Origin: Laetmonice hystrix | Lineage: Eukaryota | Direction of reading: 5' to 3' | Length of the DNA stretch: 64,000 nt | Assembly (NCBI GenBank): GCA_965235115.1 | Contig: OZ249439.1 | Location: 18,228,001 to 18,292,000, forward strand | Notes under the pieces: generated by a model | Told to the model about the DNA's origin: nothing | What the model saw: the letters and a program-made list of their open reading frames with translations, nothing else | Database searches by the model: none | Shown: piece by piece, positions 13,365-26,250 of the stretch | Numbering within the stretch: position 1 is the stretch's first letter | Layout of the letters: every line of letters starts with the position of its first letter | Position numbers and translations under genes: made by a program

Positions 13365-13459
13365 CGCTGCAGTATGCTTTGAGTATTGTTGCATGGCCTG
13401 AGACTGCCGACGTCTGCAGAGACTGCGGTAGACAGTAATAACAGTAGGAAGACATACAT
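13365..13459 (-). CDS. Candidate signal-peptide exon (MYVFLLLLLSTAVSADVGSLRPCNNTQSILQ)
   Basis: ATG at 13459 in an exon bounded by the TTCTTCTTTAGTTAG acceptor (13514) and a GTAAAA donor. Hydrophobic core plus AVSA cleavage-like motif. A second frame of the same exon is also open. Confidence 0.3.
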
Positions 13460-16400
13460 AGTCACGTCTGATACCATCAAAGAGGGTTCCAACAAAGCAG
13501 CAATTTGTCGACCCTAACTAAAGAAGAAACCACAGCAACAAAATAAGATCGGCACTAGTGATCATCTGTGGTCAGTAAGGGATGCGTGGCCGCCCTTCAC
13601 TTGAGATGGTATCGTGGCTCGTAGATCACGCTTACCTCTGACACAAAATACTTTATGACACCCATTGTCACCTACTGCGTACGGCCACTACAAGGTGGGT
13701 GTGCAATCACAGGTATGAAGAAAAAAACATCAAAAGAAAGCAGCACAGGTAGCAGACATAAAAGATTCACCTGAGGACCGACGTGACACTTATTGGGTGG
13801 CGGTGGGTGTAATTTGGGTGGTAATGAACGCCGGAAAGGGCCCGTGTTCTTATTGTGTCATCAATCTATTTTTAACACAGATACATTCCTGCAAAAGGTT
13901 TGGAATGCAAACACTTTCAAAACACATGAAGTACTCCATCAAAACAAGTCAACTGGTCGGTCCACATTGTAACGAAACTTGGTTAATATGACAGGTGGCC
14001 CTGGACACTTTGAGCAGTCCAGCTTAACATCAATTGACTGAGATTCACTTAGTTGGTTCAAACTCCTGAACATCATAGCCTTCAATTGACAACATCTGAC
14101 AGAACCACCCCCAAGAGATACCTCCCAGTTAATGAGGACGCCGTAGCTCTTCAGATACAACTTGTTTTCATTCACAGGGGTTCTATACACACCAAAAGGA
14201 AATCAAGGCAATTAACAAGAAAAGGACATGGTTGAGAGGCAGCTGGGGCCATGTTATTTGTGGTTGATTCGATTTAAAACTTTCTCAAGTCCCTCCCGCC
14301 GAGCAGTCCAGGTGTTATTTTGGGTTAAATTAAGTAGAAATATCCTGGGCTGGAAACATGCTTACCTTCATTTCGACAAGCCAGACACTGTCTAATAGGT
14401 GGGCGGGTATTGTGAGTGGCTCCAGCTAGACCCAACATTTTGCAGCTGTCTATTTCCCCTTCACCGCTGTCTACTCTATAAAGAGTCAATATCGGTTCGA
14501 ACGCGGAAAAATCGAATTGTTTGGTCCCTAACATTAGCTTTTGTCTGCTATCATTATTGATGTTGTACTGTGGATAGCAAACGTAGCGTAAATAATTATG
14601 TTTTGGCTGTGGCCCAGTTAACATCCGCACTTGAAAATTTACCCTACTTACCAGCTAGGTAAGGGGAGACGGCGATGACGCTTATATGAAACGGCACTCG
14701 TTGTTTTAAAAACAAAGGTAAAATTTGTCTAACAAAATCAAGAAGCGACGGAATTTTCATATACATATGAATGTTATAAAACTGTCACTGTTAATCAACA
14801 CTAATATGTCGACTATTGTTTGTAGTCTCGTGTTGACGATCGAGTGCGACTCATGAATGAGGTAGAGTCACGATTTTAAGAGTAACCCATTCAGTGGCAG
14901 GTCTAACTTTCCACTAGTCAAATATTCCATGCTTGCCGTTGTGCTCAAATTGTACTGTCTGACAATAATCGATTCCTCAAATGGAAAGAACAAGGTCACT
15001 TTTTAAACAGTCAATATAAATGTTTGCACATTCGAATAGTTCGATTTCTACTGAATTGGAAACACTTATATAATTCTAAATTTGGTTTATTATAATATTA
15101 TTCAAAATATTTGCCTCTCCCGATGACGTCGAGGCAAAAACTTCTGTAGGACGTGGAGTTTCTGATCCATTCACTGAATGAAATACATACAAAAGGGACA
15201 AAAACCACTACAGTGTCTACTATCCATACATTAAATAAATATTGATGCCTATTATAGAACAAGAATGCTGCATCTTGTACAGAGTATACTACAATAACGT
15301 TCCGACCGAGATACTATATCCAACAATGCCTTTGGACAGAAGTAGAGATTTCCAACTTCTGTGCCCAAGAAACCCATCTAAACGTGATCATTACTGAGCT
15401 ACCTATTGTCCCGACACATCAAGCCATGAGTGCAACTCTAAAAGTCCAAAAGTCTTGTCTGCCAACATCATGAAAGACTCTGAAAGGTGACCGCCATCCT
15501 AGACAAACAATGCCTTGCTTGGTCCGAGGAGGAAGTAATATGAAACGGTCCAGCCACCTGAACGTGAATGAACACGAGTGACTTGAGGTGTGACGTCGGG
15601 GAGAAACCTCCACCACTTACATTAACTATAGTCAGCGGCCACGATAATAACTGGATCAAAGAGACCATCCATCCACCCAATGCTGTTCATGTACCTTTTC
15701 TAACAATTCTACAACTTTGTGAACATTTCGTGAAATAACCACAAGTTTCTCTGCCTGCTTTCATGCAGGCCGGAAGCGAAGATGAAATTGGAGGCCACGA
15801 TTACAATTTATTATACAGAAGCCCCCGAAAACGTCAAGCATGAAAACATAAATTCGGGAGCAGATCCCCCTGATCTTTAGACCACACACAGGCCAGTGCC
15901 ACCCTCACCTGACCTTTATAAACCTATGTACGGAAGTCGTCACCCACCCAGGACCGACCCGGCCGGAGTCTGGTGGAGAAACCCGAGCCTGAGGGTCGGG
16001 AGATGGCCGCAGATCGTGGGTTCTGTGACATGACACAAAGGGTCGCCCCTACTCCCAACTCCCTACTCTCTCAGTCTGTTTACTGTGGTAAATAAACACT
16101 ACTTTGTGTGCAACTCTATTCTCTTTGGCCATACAAAGTGTCTATTTGCCGTTGGCCGTGGCCGTCTAAGGGGTGGATCCAGCGGTCCCAGTTTGGCCGG
16201 CCTCCCATTTAAAGAAGAAACTTGACGGCACCAACACAGAGTGGAAGTCACCGTCTTGGCCCCTGGGTTTCTACCATCACTGAAGGCCTCGGCTATATGA
16301 TACACTCAGCATTCAGCCCACCATACAAATCTACATTCTTTGGGTACAGCGGGTGAATTTAGAGGCTAGGTAGGACCTTTTGACACTAACTTAAAGAAGG

Positions 16401-18870
16401 TGGTCAATGAGAGATACATTTGGATAGGGTTTGATTGCTCAAAGTCTCACTATACCCAAGAGATGACTTGATCAGTACCTCTAAATCTTTCTCTCTTTCA
16501 CAATATCTTCAGTTGGAATATTTTTTATTCAATATTCTAAAATCAATGTACAAATGTGGGAAAGACTGAAAACAGCAGTCGCCCTGTCTGACACGGGTGG
16601 CGCCATCTTCCTATGATATACCGCACTACACAGGCCGGTCTTCATTCCGACATCACTGAGTTTCCCAAACCATTCACTTCAGGTATTGACGCCACGCCTG
16701 ACAGATTTAACATTCCGGTAACTCATACATTACCAACCTAAAGTTATAGAAACCTACCGCAATTTAACAAAAAATCGCAGGAATAAATATCAGCTACAGC
16801 AAAACTTGCTACCACTGCTTGTGGCGTGGTTACACTGATTAGGTCGGGTTTATGATTTATTTACTTCTCAGCTGAAATATCTCCATTATGATGATAAATG
16901 TAGGTGATGTAACATGTATTTCCAACGTCAGTCACTGTCACGGAGTGTCGTACCCGTGTCCACCCTGAAGAGGTTGGATGTAAAGGAATATCATGGCCTG
17001 TGACAGGTGCCTGTCAAACCCCAGGTACTGTCGGGGCACTTTACATTCGTAGCCATACACGTATAGTTGACAGGCGAGGTTGAGTTTTGAGAACATGTGG
17101 GAGTTTCTACCATGAGCAGACCTTTAATGGGTAAGTCACCCCCAGTCTCCAATGGCTTTTGCCTCTTTCAATTTACTTGTCCAGCTAACCTCGATCATTC
17201 TTGAAGTCAGCCCTTCAAACATCCACCAACAAGCTCAAGGTCATGTTTAACTACAAGTATCCGTGACTGGTCTATGAATACTGGAATATGGTTACGTATA
17301 TCCTGAACCATGCAATTCAATTTAAGTAAATTATTTAATGACAACATTATAATCTTTACAAATCAATGGTAAAGGTTTCCAATAAGTCCACGGGATGCTG
17401 CATCGAATATTTTTGTGATCACCACAGCGTTGTTTTTCATGGCATGAAATGAATGTAGAGAATGCATTGTGCGGTCGTGAAGATCGCACCCTCCTCAGGG
17501 TTGATGCATACAGCTGGACTGATACCCACCCACCTCATTATACGACCTGACTTTTTCTGTTGTTAACGTGGTAAATACCGAACACCATTCACTTCAAGTC
17601 GGGTATCGTGTACACCTGAACCTCTTGAAGCACCGTCCTCCGGTCACATGACCAGATCGGAGTCAGGTCCAGGTATCTACATTCTACTCGCTGGATCTTT
17701 TCTTCAAAACAAAATATATGAAATATCGTAATCATTTCATTTTCTTGTAACTCTCCTCGTATCGGTGGCCTGGATATATCGGGCCGATAGATTTATTATT
17801 CATCAATGGTACTTTTAGTAAAGTAAAACGTTGATAAGATTTACTTCTTATTGCCTAATTCTTTTGAAAGACTATCAAGTTTCCGTAAATGTTTTCATCC
17901 TTCTGATACTTGTGTTAGCAATAACTCACTGATCAATTCTGAATGCATTCCATCCCACAGGATCTAACTAATCTACCTGTCTGACCGTGCCTGACAAGAT
18001 AATTTGTACTTGAGAAAGGTGTCAAGACAAGGTGTCAATGTTCCTGAATGGCGTTCTGGTGATGGAGTCTGGTTGACGGAGTGGCTGGATACACCAGGTG
18101 GGCCCTGAGCATCTTCTACCCCCAGCACCACCAGCACCAGCACCACCACCACCACGATGACCCCCATCCAGACCACCATCAAGAGCTCATCCCCACTTCA
18201 CCCAGAATGTCGTCAAGGAAGACCGTTCAGTCATGTCGTTTCAAGTATGTTGATGTATGCGGCAACCTCCCCCCCCCCCCCACACACACACACATCATGT
18301 GCTCCACTCCTCCCAGGCCCTTTACCCTTAAAGCCGGAAGGTGTTGGGAGCTTAACAATAAGCTTTCCCTGAATCTCGATCCTCCTAAAGTCCGAACAGA
18401 GAGGATAAATTCTTGATATTTTACAGCACAATATGGCTTTAGAATCTAGTAACCCGGAATTTCTCTAAGTAAATTGAGATGTACTCTGACTTGTAATAAA
18501 ATCCTACTCAAAAACCTATTTTTGCCTATCACCGTGGTATGTTTGACCAGCTAAAAATCTCTCTTACCTTAAATACTGGGAAAATTTGTCGATAAAATCT
18601 CTGCAAAACTTTGTGTCAAATTTCAATTAATGTCGGCAAAATTACCAGACCGAACCAAGTGTCTCGTCGCTACCCTGAGTACTCTATTTACCTCTACACA
18701 CAGTAAACATGGCCCGCTCCGAGCCGAGCATGCCACAAATGTTTTGACCCATGTTCTCCTAATTAACCTTCTGACCCGGGGGTCAGCCTGACTAATGACA
18801 GCCATGGAGGTCTCTCCAGTGCGGTATAGTCTGACCTCTGTGGGTTTTGTGGTTTCCCACTCCCCACCCT

Positions 18871-19062
18871 CCCCCGCCATCAGGTCAATGACACGGCGGC
18901 GACCCTCAACACTCCCGGCCTCATGGACCCTGAGTGACATGTTGGGTACAAATACCTGCACATCTCGGTCCCCCGCCATCAGGTCAATGGCATGAACACG
19001 GCGGCGACCCTCAACACTCCCGGCCTCGTGGACCCTGAGTGACATGTTGGGTACATCTCGGT
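18871..19062. repeat. 99-bp tandem duplication with 6-bp and 12-bp indels
   Basis: Copies at 18871-18969 and 18970-19062, within minus-strand ORF 18623-19045. Confidence 0.95.
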
Positions 19063-21734
19063 GAACGCCTCCTGCAGCGCTGGTTTATTTTGATTCCTGA
19101 ACTTGGACACTCCTGCACAGGCATTGCTTATATTAACAGAACCTCACTGCTCGAAACACAGGTATTCTGACATACCTCAGTCCTGGATAATTTTATGGAG
19201 TCATAGAACATGATCGATGCCCACACGGCATTTATTTCGGTTTTCTTTCACATAACATTAATACAATTTCACAATATACGTCATTGAGAAAAGTCTCGGC
19301 TCGTATCAAAAAAAGAAAGCCATCATACAAACTAGTCAGACCCCATAGCAAAGCGCCCTTTCAGTTTGTTTGTGCAGTATCTGTATACGTATAAAGGGAA
19401 GCATTGATCCAGGAATACCGTTTTGTGCGCCAACATTCCTACATTGTGGGGACCGACGTTGCCCCTAAATTTAGCATGCCATTCCTGATCACCATGAGAA
19501 CTAGCAGACAATGTCCGGCGGACAATGTGGCGGCGGTGACCCCGTCTTGGCGCCGGGTCAGCCCGACAATGTACCCACATGGGCCCTGTGTATACCTCAC
19601 CTGAGATGGCCACGTGCTAGTCTTCAGGAATGTGTCATTGTACTCCTTACTTACCGACAACAACCAGACTATGTTCACCGTACCCGTTATCATCGGCCCA
19701 TTGGGCACCCAGAGGTATAGTTTTTATGTTGGTGTCAGCTTTAGGCTCATGCCGATGTCATAACCTTGCCAATGGAGGTACGTCATAAAAACACCTGCTA
19801 ACGTTGATATTAACACTTATCAGTCAGGTACACGATACTAATAATATTAATAGAAAGACTGAGAAAAATCAACAAAATCAAAAAAAAGCATATCAGACAC
19901 AACATAATCATTCCGATTTATCCCTCTATGAACGCTAATTCTGAGCAGCAATTTAAATCTTTTATTATTGAAAAATATATAACTTGAAACTCAATATATA
20001 TTTTGTCTTTTCATTCTTACAGCTACCGGTCTCTGTGATTGACTACAAACTACCCAATAATCGATCATTAGCTTAATTACCAGTAGATGTACATGCACTA
20101 CTATAGTCCGTTTACCGACAAGTTTCTCTACCCGGATTCCACCACACCTTTCAATACATTCAGATGCAGGCGGGCCTGATTCAAACCAAATTCCATTAAG
20201 GAACGTTTGGTATATCATACACTAAGCCACATTAAATCGGTTAGGTCCAGTAAACCCGAACAGGCCTTTCCCTTGTACCTGAAATTTAATAGATGCTACT
20301 TTGTGATGAGCTCCCCACCCCACCCCCCAGCCTTCAAGCTCTTCTTTCAGCAATGCCGAGAAAATAGTGGCCAGATTCAACTGTTTGAAACAGGTTCTGT
20401 CGAGCGACAGTCTAACCATCTTTTCACCTGGCTGATCTGGCTTCAATCCCATGATTTACCCCCTACCCCAAATGGCAGTTAAACTGCCTCTCGGTGGCAT
20501 GGAGGGTAAAAGGGGGCAAATAGCCGGGTCCCAGTGCGGGCCAGGTGAGCAGACAGGGTGCACAGCTCGAGGGGTTTTTACCGATCGTCTTTGTCCCGCT
20601 CCTCTGTTGTGGTGAATGTGACAAAATGTGAGTTGGCCGACTCAGCAGGCAGGCTGGCGGGTAGGCTTAGCCTTGTTACCCTACCCCTGCAGTCGTGCGT
20701 ACCCAAGGTACCGGCGGGGATTCCAGCCCACCAGCCACATCAACACCAGCCACAAAGCTTCCACTGACCTTTGACAAGGTGCAGACATAGTCTTGTACTC
20801 CTCACAATGGTCTATCTAGACTCTGTCCAACTGCTCCTACCCTTCCTATAATCTCCTTTCTAACATCCTCTTCCAACTCGGCACCCCCCGAGGAGAACGC
20901 AGAATTACTGGGATGTGTAGAAAAAACGAATGTGTTGGGTATCCAGAGCATCTCAAAGTAAACTATACCTTCCACTCAACGGTTCCGTGTATAAAACCAG
21001 TATAGGGGTCTCTGGGCATACATAAAAATAGACGAAAACACAGAAACACGTACAAACCTTTCAAGATTGGCAGTACATCACTTTAACATTACCGTATTCC
21101 GCTCAACCACGTGAAAAATGTATTAACTTATTGAATATTTAACGATTGTAAATTGAAGATCCATAAGCCTCAGGGCTTCACATCCTTGTTTCACCATCAC
21201 ATGTATTACGATCAACAAAGTCTGTACATCTGTATATCAATATGTTTATGATGGCGGAATAAACTAATAATAATAGTATGGTTTTATGTCCGTTCTACAG
21301 CAGATAATGTCAATAGATCAACCCCCATCTGGTGAAATTCTGAACTCTGAGAACTCACAGCTGCCAGCTACCTGTGCTGGTATCTCGCCACGAGTAAACA
21401 TCCATCGTCCACCGACGTGTTGGAGCATAATAATTTATTATTAACACAGACTAAAAAAAAAACTCGAATCTAAATTATATCCAAACCCATCCAGGTGTTC
21501 AACGGCCTACATGGACCTCTGCCCACATTACTCCTATTAATTTATAAGTATAAAGTTAAGTATAAAGATGCCCAGGTTATTACTCATTGTGAATTATCTA
21601 AAGTCAATCGACTTAATCATATTTTTCTTTGCTTGAACAGTATCACATACCGTACGGAGACCCTATCGATCCACATGGCGACTTCTGGTACCATACCGAG
21701 CCCTTTAGTGGCTCCGTCTAGCAGTAAAGTTCGT

Positions 21735-21785
21735 ACTCACCTGAAAAATACATACAAAGGGAAAGTTAATGCAATTGTTGTTACT
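21735..21785 (-). other. Juxtaposed 3' and 5' splice sites (recursive-splice-site-like)
   Basis: The minus strand reads CATTAAC TTTCCCTTTGTATGTATTTTTCAG|GTGAGT, with the junction between 21741 and 21740. Confidence 0.5.
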
Positions 21786-23245
21786 TATTAAGCTGTATAT
21801 AGGTACTCGGTTAACTGAATCAAAAGTTTATCTGACATGATAAACACTGTACATGACGATCCTCCCATCAACTCATTCCATCCATGTATCGTTTGTCCCC
21901 ATCATTGTGGGGAGAGGGAGAATATGCGCTTCAACATTTATTTTGGCACAAATCTGTTTATACCAAATACAATGATCTAGGATATAAGAACGAAATATAC
22001 GACGTGACAACATTTTTGTTTTTCAAAACATGTTGACGTAGCGCCAGTACCTCATGGATATAACGTCTGACCTGAATGGTAGGTAATGCTACAGTACTAC
22101 AGATCTACAGGGTAACATCAACCATCCTGTTCCCAGTCCACCAACCATGTGAATCCCCATTGAGGGAAGTCCTGGCAAACGTATGCTGTGTTTTGGACGA
22201 ATCAACCAGTGTGTATTGACAGCTCCTGTGAGGGTTACTGTCACGTGAACAGTGCCCGGCTTTGACAGGTGTGGGAGAGTTCCAGTGAACTCCAGTGGTT
22301 CACTGAGAATGCCGTCATGGAGCGCGACACATTGGTCTCTCCACTACTGCAGCACCCCCTACCGGCAGACGGCCGAACCGCCAATGTTAGCAGCGCACCC
22401 CACCGACACTTTATGTGTAAGGTTGCATAAGTCACGCAACAGCCTTTCTGTGAGAATTACACCCTCAGAACAATACGTACGAGTGCCACTATGGTTATAA
22501 GGGCATCGAAAGGGGCAAAATGGTGTACCCCTGAAGCTTGAAGCTTTAGCTGCGTCTGTCTTGGGGAAGAAGGTGTGCCCATTGCCATGGCAATTGATGG
22601 TCTGTTTGTGGCGCGTCGCATGCCCCCACCAGTCGGAGTTCTCGGCTCCCACCTCCTTACAACTTAAACATGTTAATAATACCCAGAGTTCTCTTGAAAA
22701 GGGGATCGGCTAACATAGTCTGCATTCTCCCTGACATCGTCCCCAGTCTCTGACATACAACCATACCATCTCTTGTTCTGGGTCATCTCAGATGTTTTTA
22801 TCTCCTGTCCTTCCCGTGGTCAAACGACAGCAGATGCACGAGCTCTTTGTTACTTGCTATTAACATTCAGTCTCGGGACACGATTACGGGATAAAAAACT
22901 AAAATAAAAACAGTTTGTTGACGCCATCTGACTCTCATCTATCTTTGTAAGAACCCTCAAATGTGTGGTTAAATTGACGAGTCCAACTGCCACACGAGAA
23001 TTTATAACTTACATGTTTACCCCAAACAATAGGATCGTTATAAGAGAGTGAAATTTCAAGGCAGACGTCATGGAAGAACGCTACAAATATGTGGTCAATT
23101 GTTTCCAGCCTGGACTTTCCTAAACCAGGCAGTTTCCCACAGCCACGGCAGTGTTGTACAATCAATTACCTACAGTATGTCCCACTCCCACACCCCGAGG
23201 TATTGTGGACCGTGGATGGATGGTTGGGGCCCGTCGGCCACCATC

Positions 23246-23261
23246 GCCACCAGAGGGCGCA
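23246..23261 (+). promoter_or_regulatory. CTCF-like motif
   Basis: GCCACCAGAGGGCGCA matches the CCASYAGRKGGCRS core. Motif match only. Confidence 0.5.
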
Positions 23262-25156
23262 CCAGGCGGTCTGTTAACTATGTGTTTGAAAGCCCCACTC
23301 CGACGGTTTGGCTCTGATCTTGCTAATGGTTATGTGATTATCTGTAACTGCCTATAATCATTTTTACCCTACACACAACGAGTCATCTCATAACACGTCT
23401 TTTTCCATTTTTTGCTTAATAAAAAGAAAATATCAGTCTACTCCCGTGTGGTATATATGAATTCTATCGAGGAATTATAAAGGAAGAAGATGGAATAGGT
23501 TTTGGGTCATGAATAAGCCCTTCCCCAAAGGTTACCGTTACAGTGGCCGGCAGGAGGAGATAAGGCCCTGTTTACCCTCCTTCAGCCTGCAGGACACGTT
23601 AATAATTCATACCATAGCACAATCAAACAATATCTCCAGCTGCACCAAACTTCCTTTAGTCTTCTTTACACTTCAGGTTTCTAAACCCACAGGATCAATA
23701 TGATCACTCACGTCCAAGCATCAGGCAGACAAACAGAAAGCCGAAGACAAACAGAGTTGTCCTTAAATGACTAGAACAGTACACCTGGGGTTTCATCTCT
23801 TCGGATGTGCAGCCCAAACACGACCCACGCCCTACACGGCTGTGTTTTAGACTGAAGTGTCTCCATATAGTCAGAGTAATCTCAGAGGTAAACTTTGCTG
23901 TCCTCACTGTCTGGTTCATTCAATCATTGCTTGGATTCACATCCACATCAAGAAACTATCCGTAAAATTGAGACATGATTGAGAAGGGATCACAATAAAT
24001 TTCATGGCAATATTTTTTTCGGTGCTTTATGTCAACGTTATATACACGTTGGAAAAATAGATTATGCGTACTTCATATCTATTGGTAAGTCAGTGATACA
24101 AGTAAAATCTGGCACAGATGCAGTTTATGAAGTAAATGATTTCACAGATAGAGAAACCCACTTCAGGTGAGCGAATCCAAATTGAATATTTCAGTACACA
24201 AGGAATTCAGTTCAAGAGTAGGTTGTGACAGGTTGACCTGACTGTGTCGCACATGTCCACCCAACTTGCCGAGTAGACCAGCAAACTTTTTGTCACAGGA
24301 AATTAAGCCCTGTCAACCGTAGTTAGGCATCATGTCTGCGTGAATGTGTGAAGATTTAACTCCGAAACAAGAGATCAGGAACTAACTTTTCGGACTGGTG
24401 CTCAAGATGAAGCTGTGAACCCAACATTAGATATCTATTTTGTAATCTGAAATAAATTTATATGTGAGGTACAGGCTTTTAAAGTATACATAAATTATAT
24501 ATTTTGGACAATGCAAGCCCCAACACCAAAGTGTGTCTTTTAAATATGCCAGTGACATACGCTAACACAGTACAATTCCTTCCCTTTCATGTTTCCCCCA
24601 TGGAATGCTGAGAATGTGATCAGCCTTTGAGGGACGCCGCAGTTGAAGGCCTCCAGGAGTTCAGGTCTCCAGTTAACAGGTCCAAAAATCACCAACAACT
24701 GACATTCTGGTAGTTCATCAGATCGCACGAAATGAAACTGCTAATCTAATTCCTACCTAGCTGTTTTACAGGGGTAAAGTTTCACTACCTAGGGATTTTG
24801 ATCACCCCTCGCAAGTGTCAACTTGCGATAAGACTTTATGAATTTTTCAGTTTTAACCCGTTTCCCTCTTATGAAAGCTAGTTAAGCTCTGTAAAATGCA
24901 CGTTGGTAAACAGACCGATTGCTAGATCTGGCATCTTCCCAAATCAGTTCCTGACCATAAAGCCTCAAAAGGATGTAGAGCGATATTACTGTACTTGATG
25001 ACCTATCAGCTTGGTTTGACCTCAGTTAATGACAGCATGCTAGATGGATTGTCAACCAGGATTAATGTGACCACTATTGTATGTTCTAAGGTATAAACAT
25101 TTCTTTGGAGTCAAATCACACACTCATCAGGTACGTTACATAACAGTTATGTTATA

Positions 25157-25206
25157 CCAACGAGTATAGAATAAAATTAGAATATTCTATATTCTATACT
25201 CGTTGG
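25157..25206. mobile_element. 50-bp hairpin insertion, same family as 3439-3472
   Basis: Perfect 17-bp arms CCAACGAGTATAGAATA / TATTCTATACTCGTTGG, flanked by TTATA on both sides (25152-25156, 25207-25211). The loop contains the palindrome TAGAATATTCTA. Confidence 0.75.
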
Positions 25207-25628
25207 TTATACGTTGTGCTGATATCTTTATTGTTGGGCATGATGACGATCATATATTATAAGGAGTCAAACCCTATTCTGTTGATTCTCAAACAAATTT
25301 ATACTTAAAGCATAACTTTCACGTTTCCGGCCTCTAGCCATGCCGGAGGCTGTATTATCGGTACTTAGATCCCATCAATCCAAGTCCATGTAATGGGTCC
25401 TGCCTTAATCAGAACATCTGTAATTCTGAGAAAGATGGACAGGTCCATAGATGTATAGGTAGGTACCAGGTTTTACACTGACCCGCCCAACCTAACCTCC
25501 ATGATCCCAGATCAAACAGTGACCCAATGGGATCCCTGGTCAGCATCGGTTCCCACACTAACACCAAGGCTGGCAGTGGTCAACCAACGCAGCAGGATAC
25601 CAGACCACACAAAAACTACTCGTGTCCC

Positions 25629-26250
25629 ACCACCATCTGCATACACAGCGGGATGTGAGGAGGAGGAGGTATGAATATGATGACTGTCTGGTCCATGTTA
25701 GATCTACACCCACGCCATGTACCACCATCTGCATACACAGCGGGATGTGAGGAGGAGGAGGAGGAGGAGGAGGAGGAGGAGGAGGAGGAGGAGGAGGAGG
25801 AGGAGGAGGAGGAGGTATGAATATGATGACTGTCTGGTCCATGTTAGATCTACATCCACGCCATGTACCACCATCTGCATACACAGCGGGATGTGAGGAG
25901 GAGGAGGAGGTATGAATATGATGACTGTCTGATCCATGTTAGATCCACACCCACGCCATGTACCACCATCTGCATACACAGCGGGATGTGAGGAGGAGGA
26001 GGAGGAGGTATGAATATGATGACTGTCTGATCCATGTTAGATCCACACCCACGCCATGTACCACCATCTGCATACATAGCGGGATGTGATGATGATGAGG
26101 AGGTATGAATATGATGACTGTCTGGTCCATGTTAGATCTACATCCACGCCATGTACCACCATCTGCATACACAGCGGGATGTGAGGAGGAGGAGGAGGAG
26201 GTATGAATATGATGACTGTCTGATCCATGTTAGATCTACATCCACGCCAT
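25629..26250. repeat. Compound minisatellite: constant 80-bp core plus variable (GAG)n tract, about 6.5 copies
   Basis: Tracts start at 25657, 25749, 25895, 25990, 26088 and 26183, with 4, 22, 5, 6, (GAT)3(GAG)2 and 6 triplets. Confidence 0.97.

Noticed and set aside
24809-24828. 8-bp-stem hairpin TCGCAAGT-GTCA-ACTTGCGA as a possible Helitron 3' signal
   Set aside because: No downstream CTRR end or matching 5' end identified.
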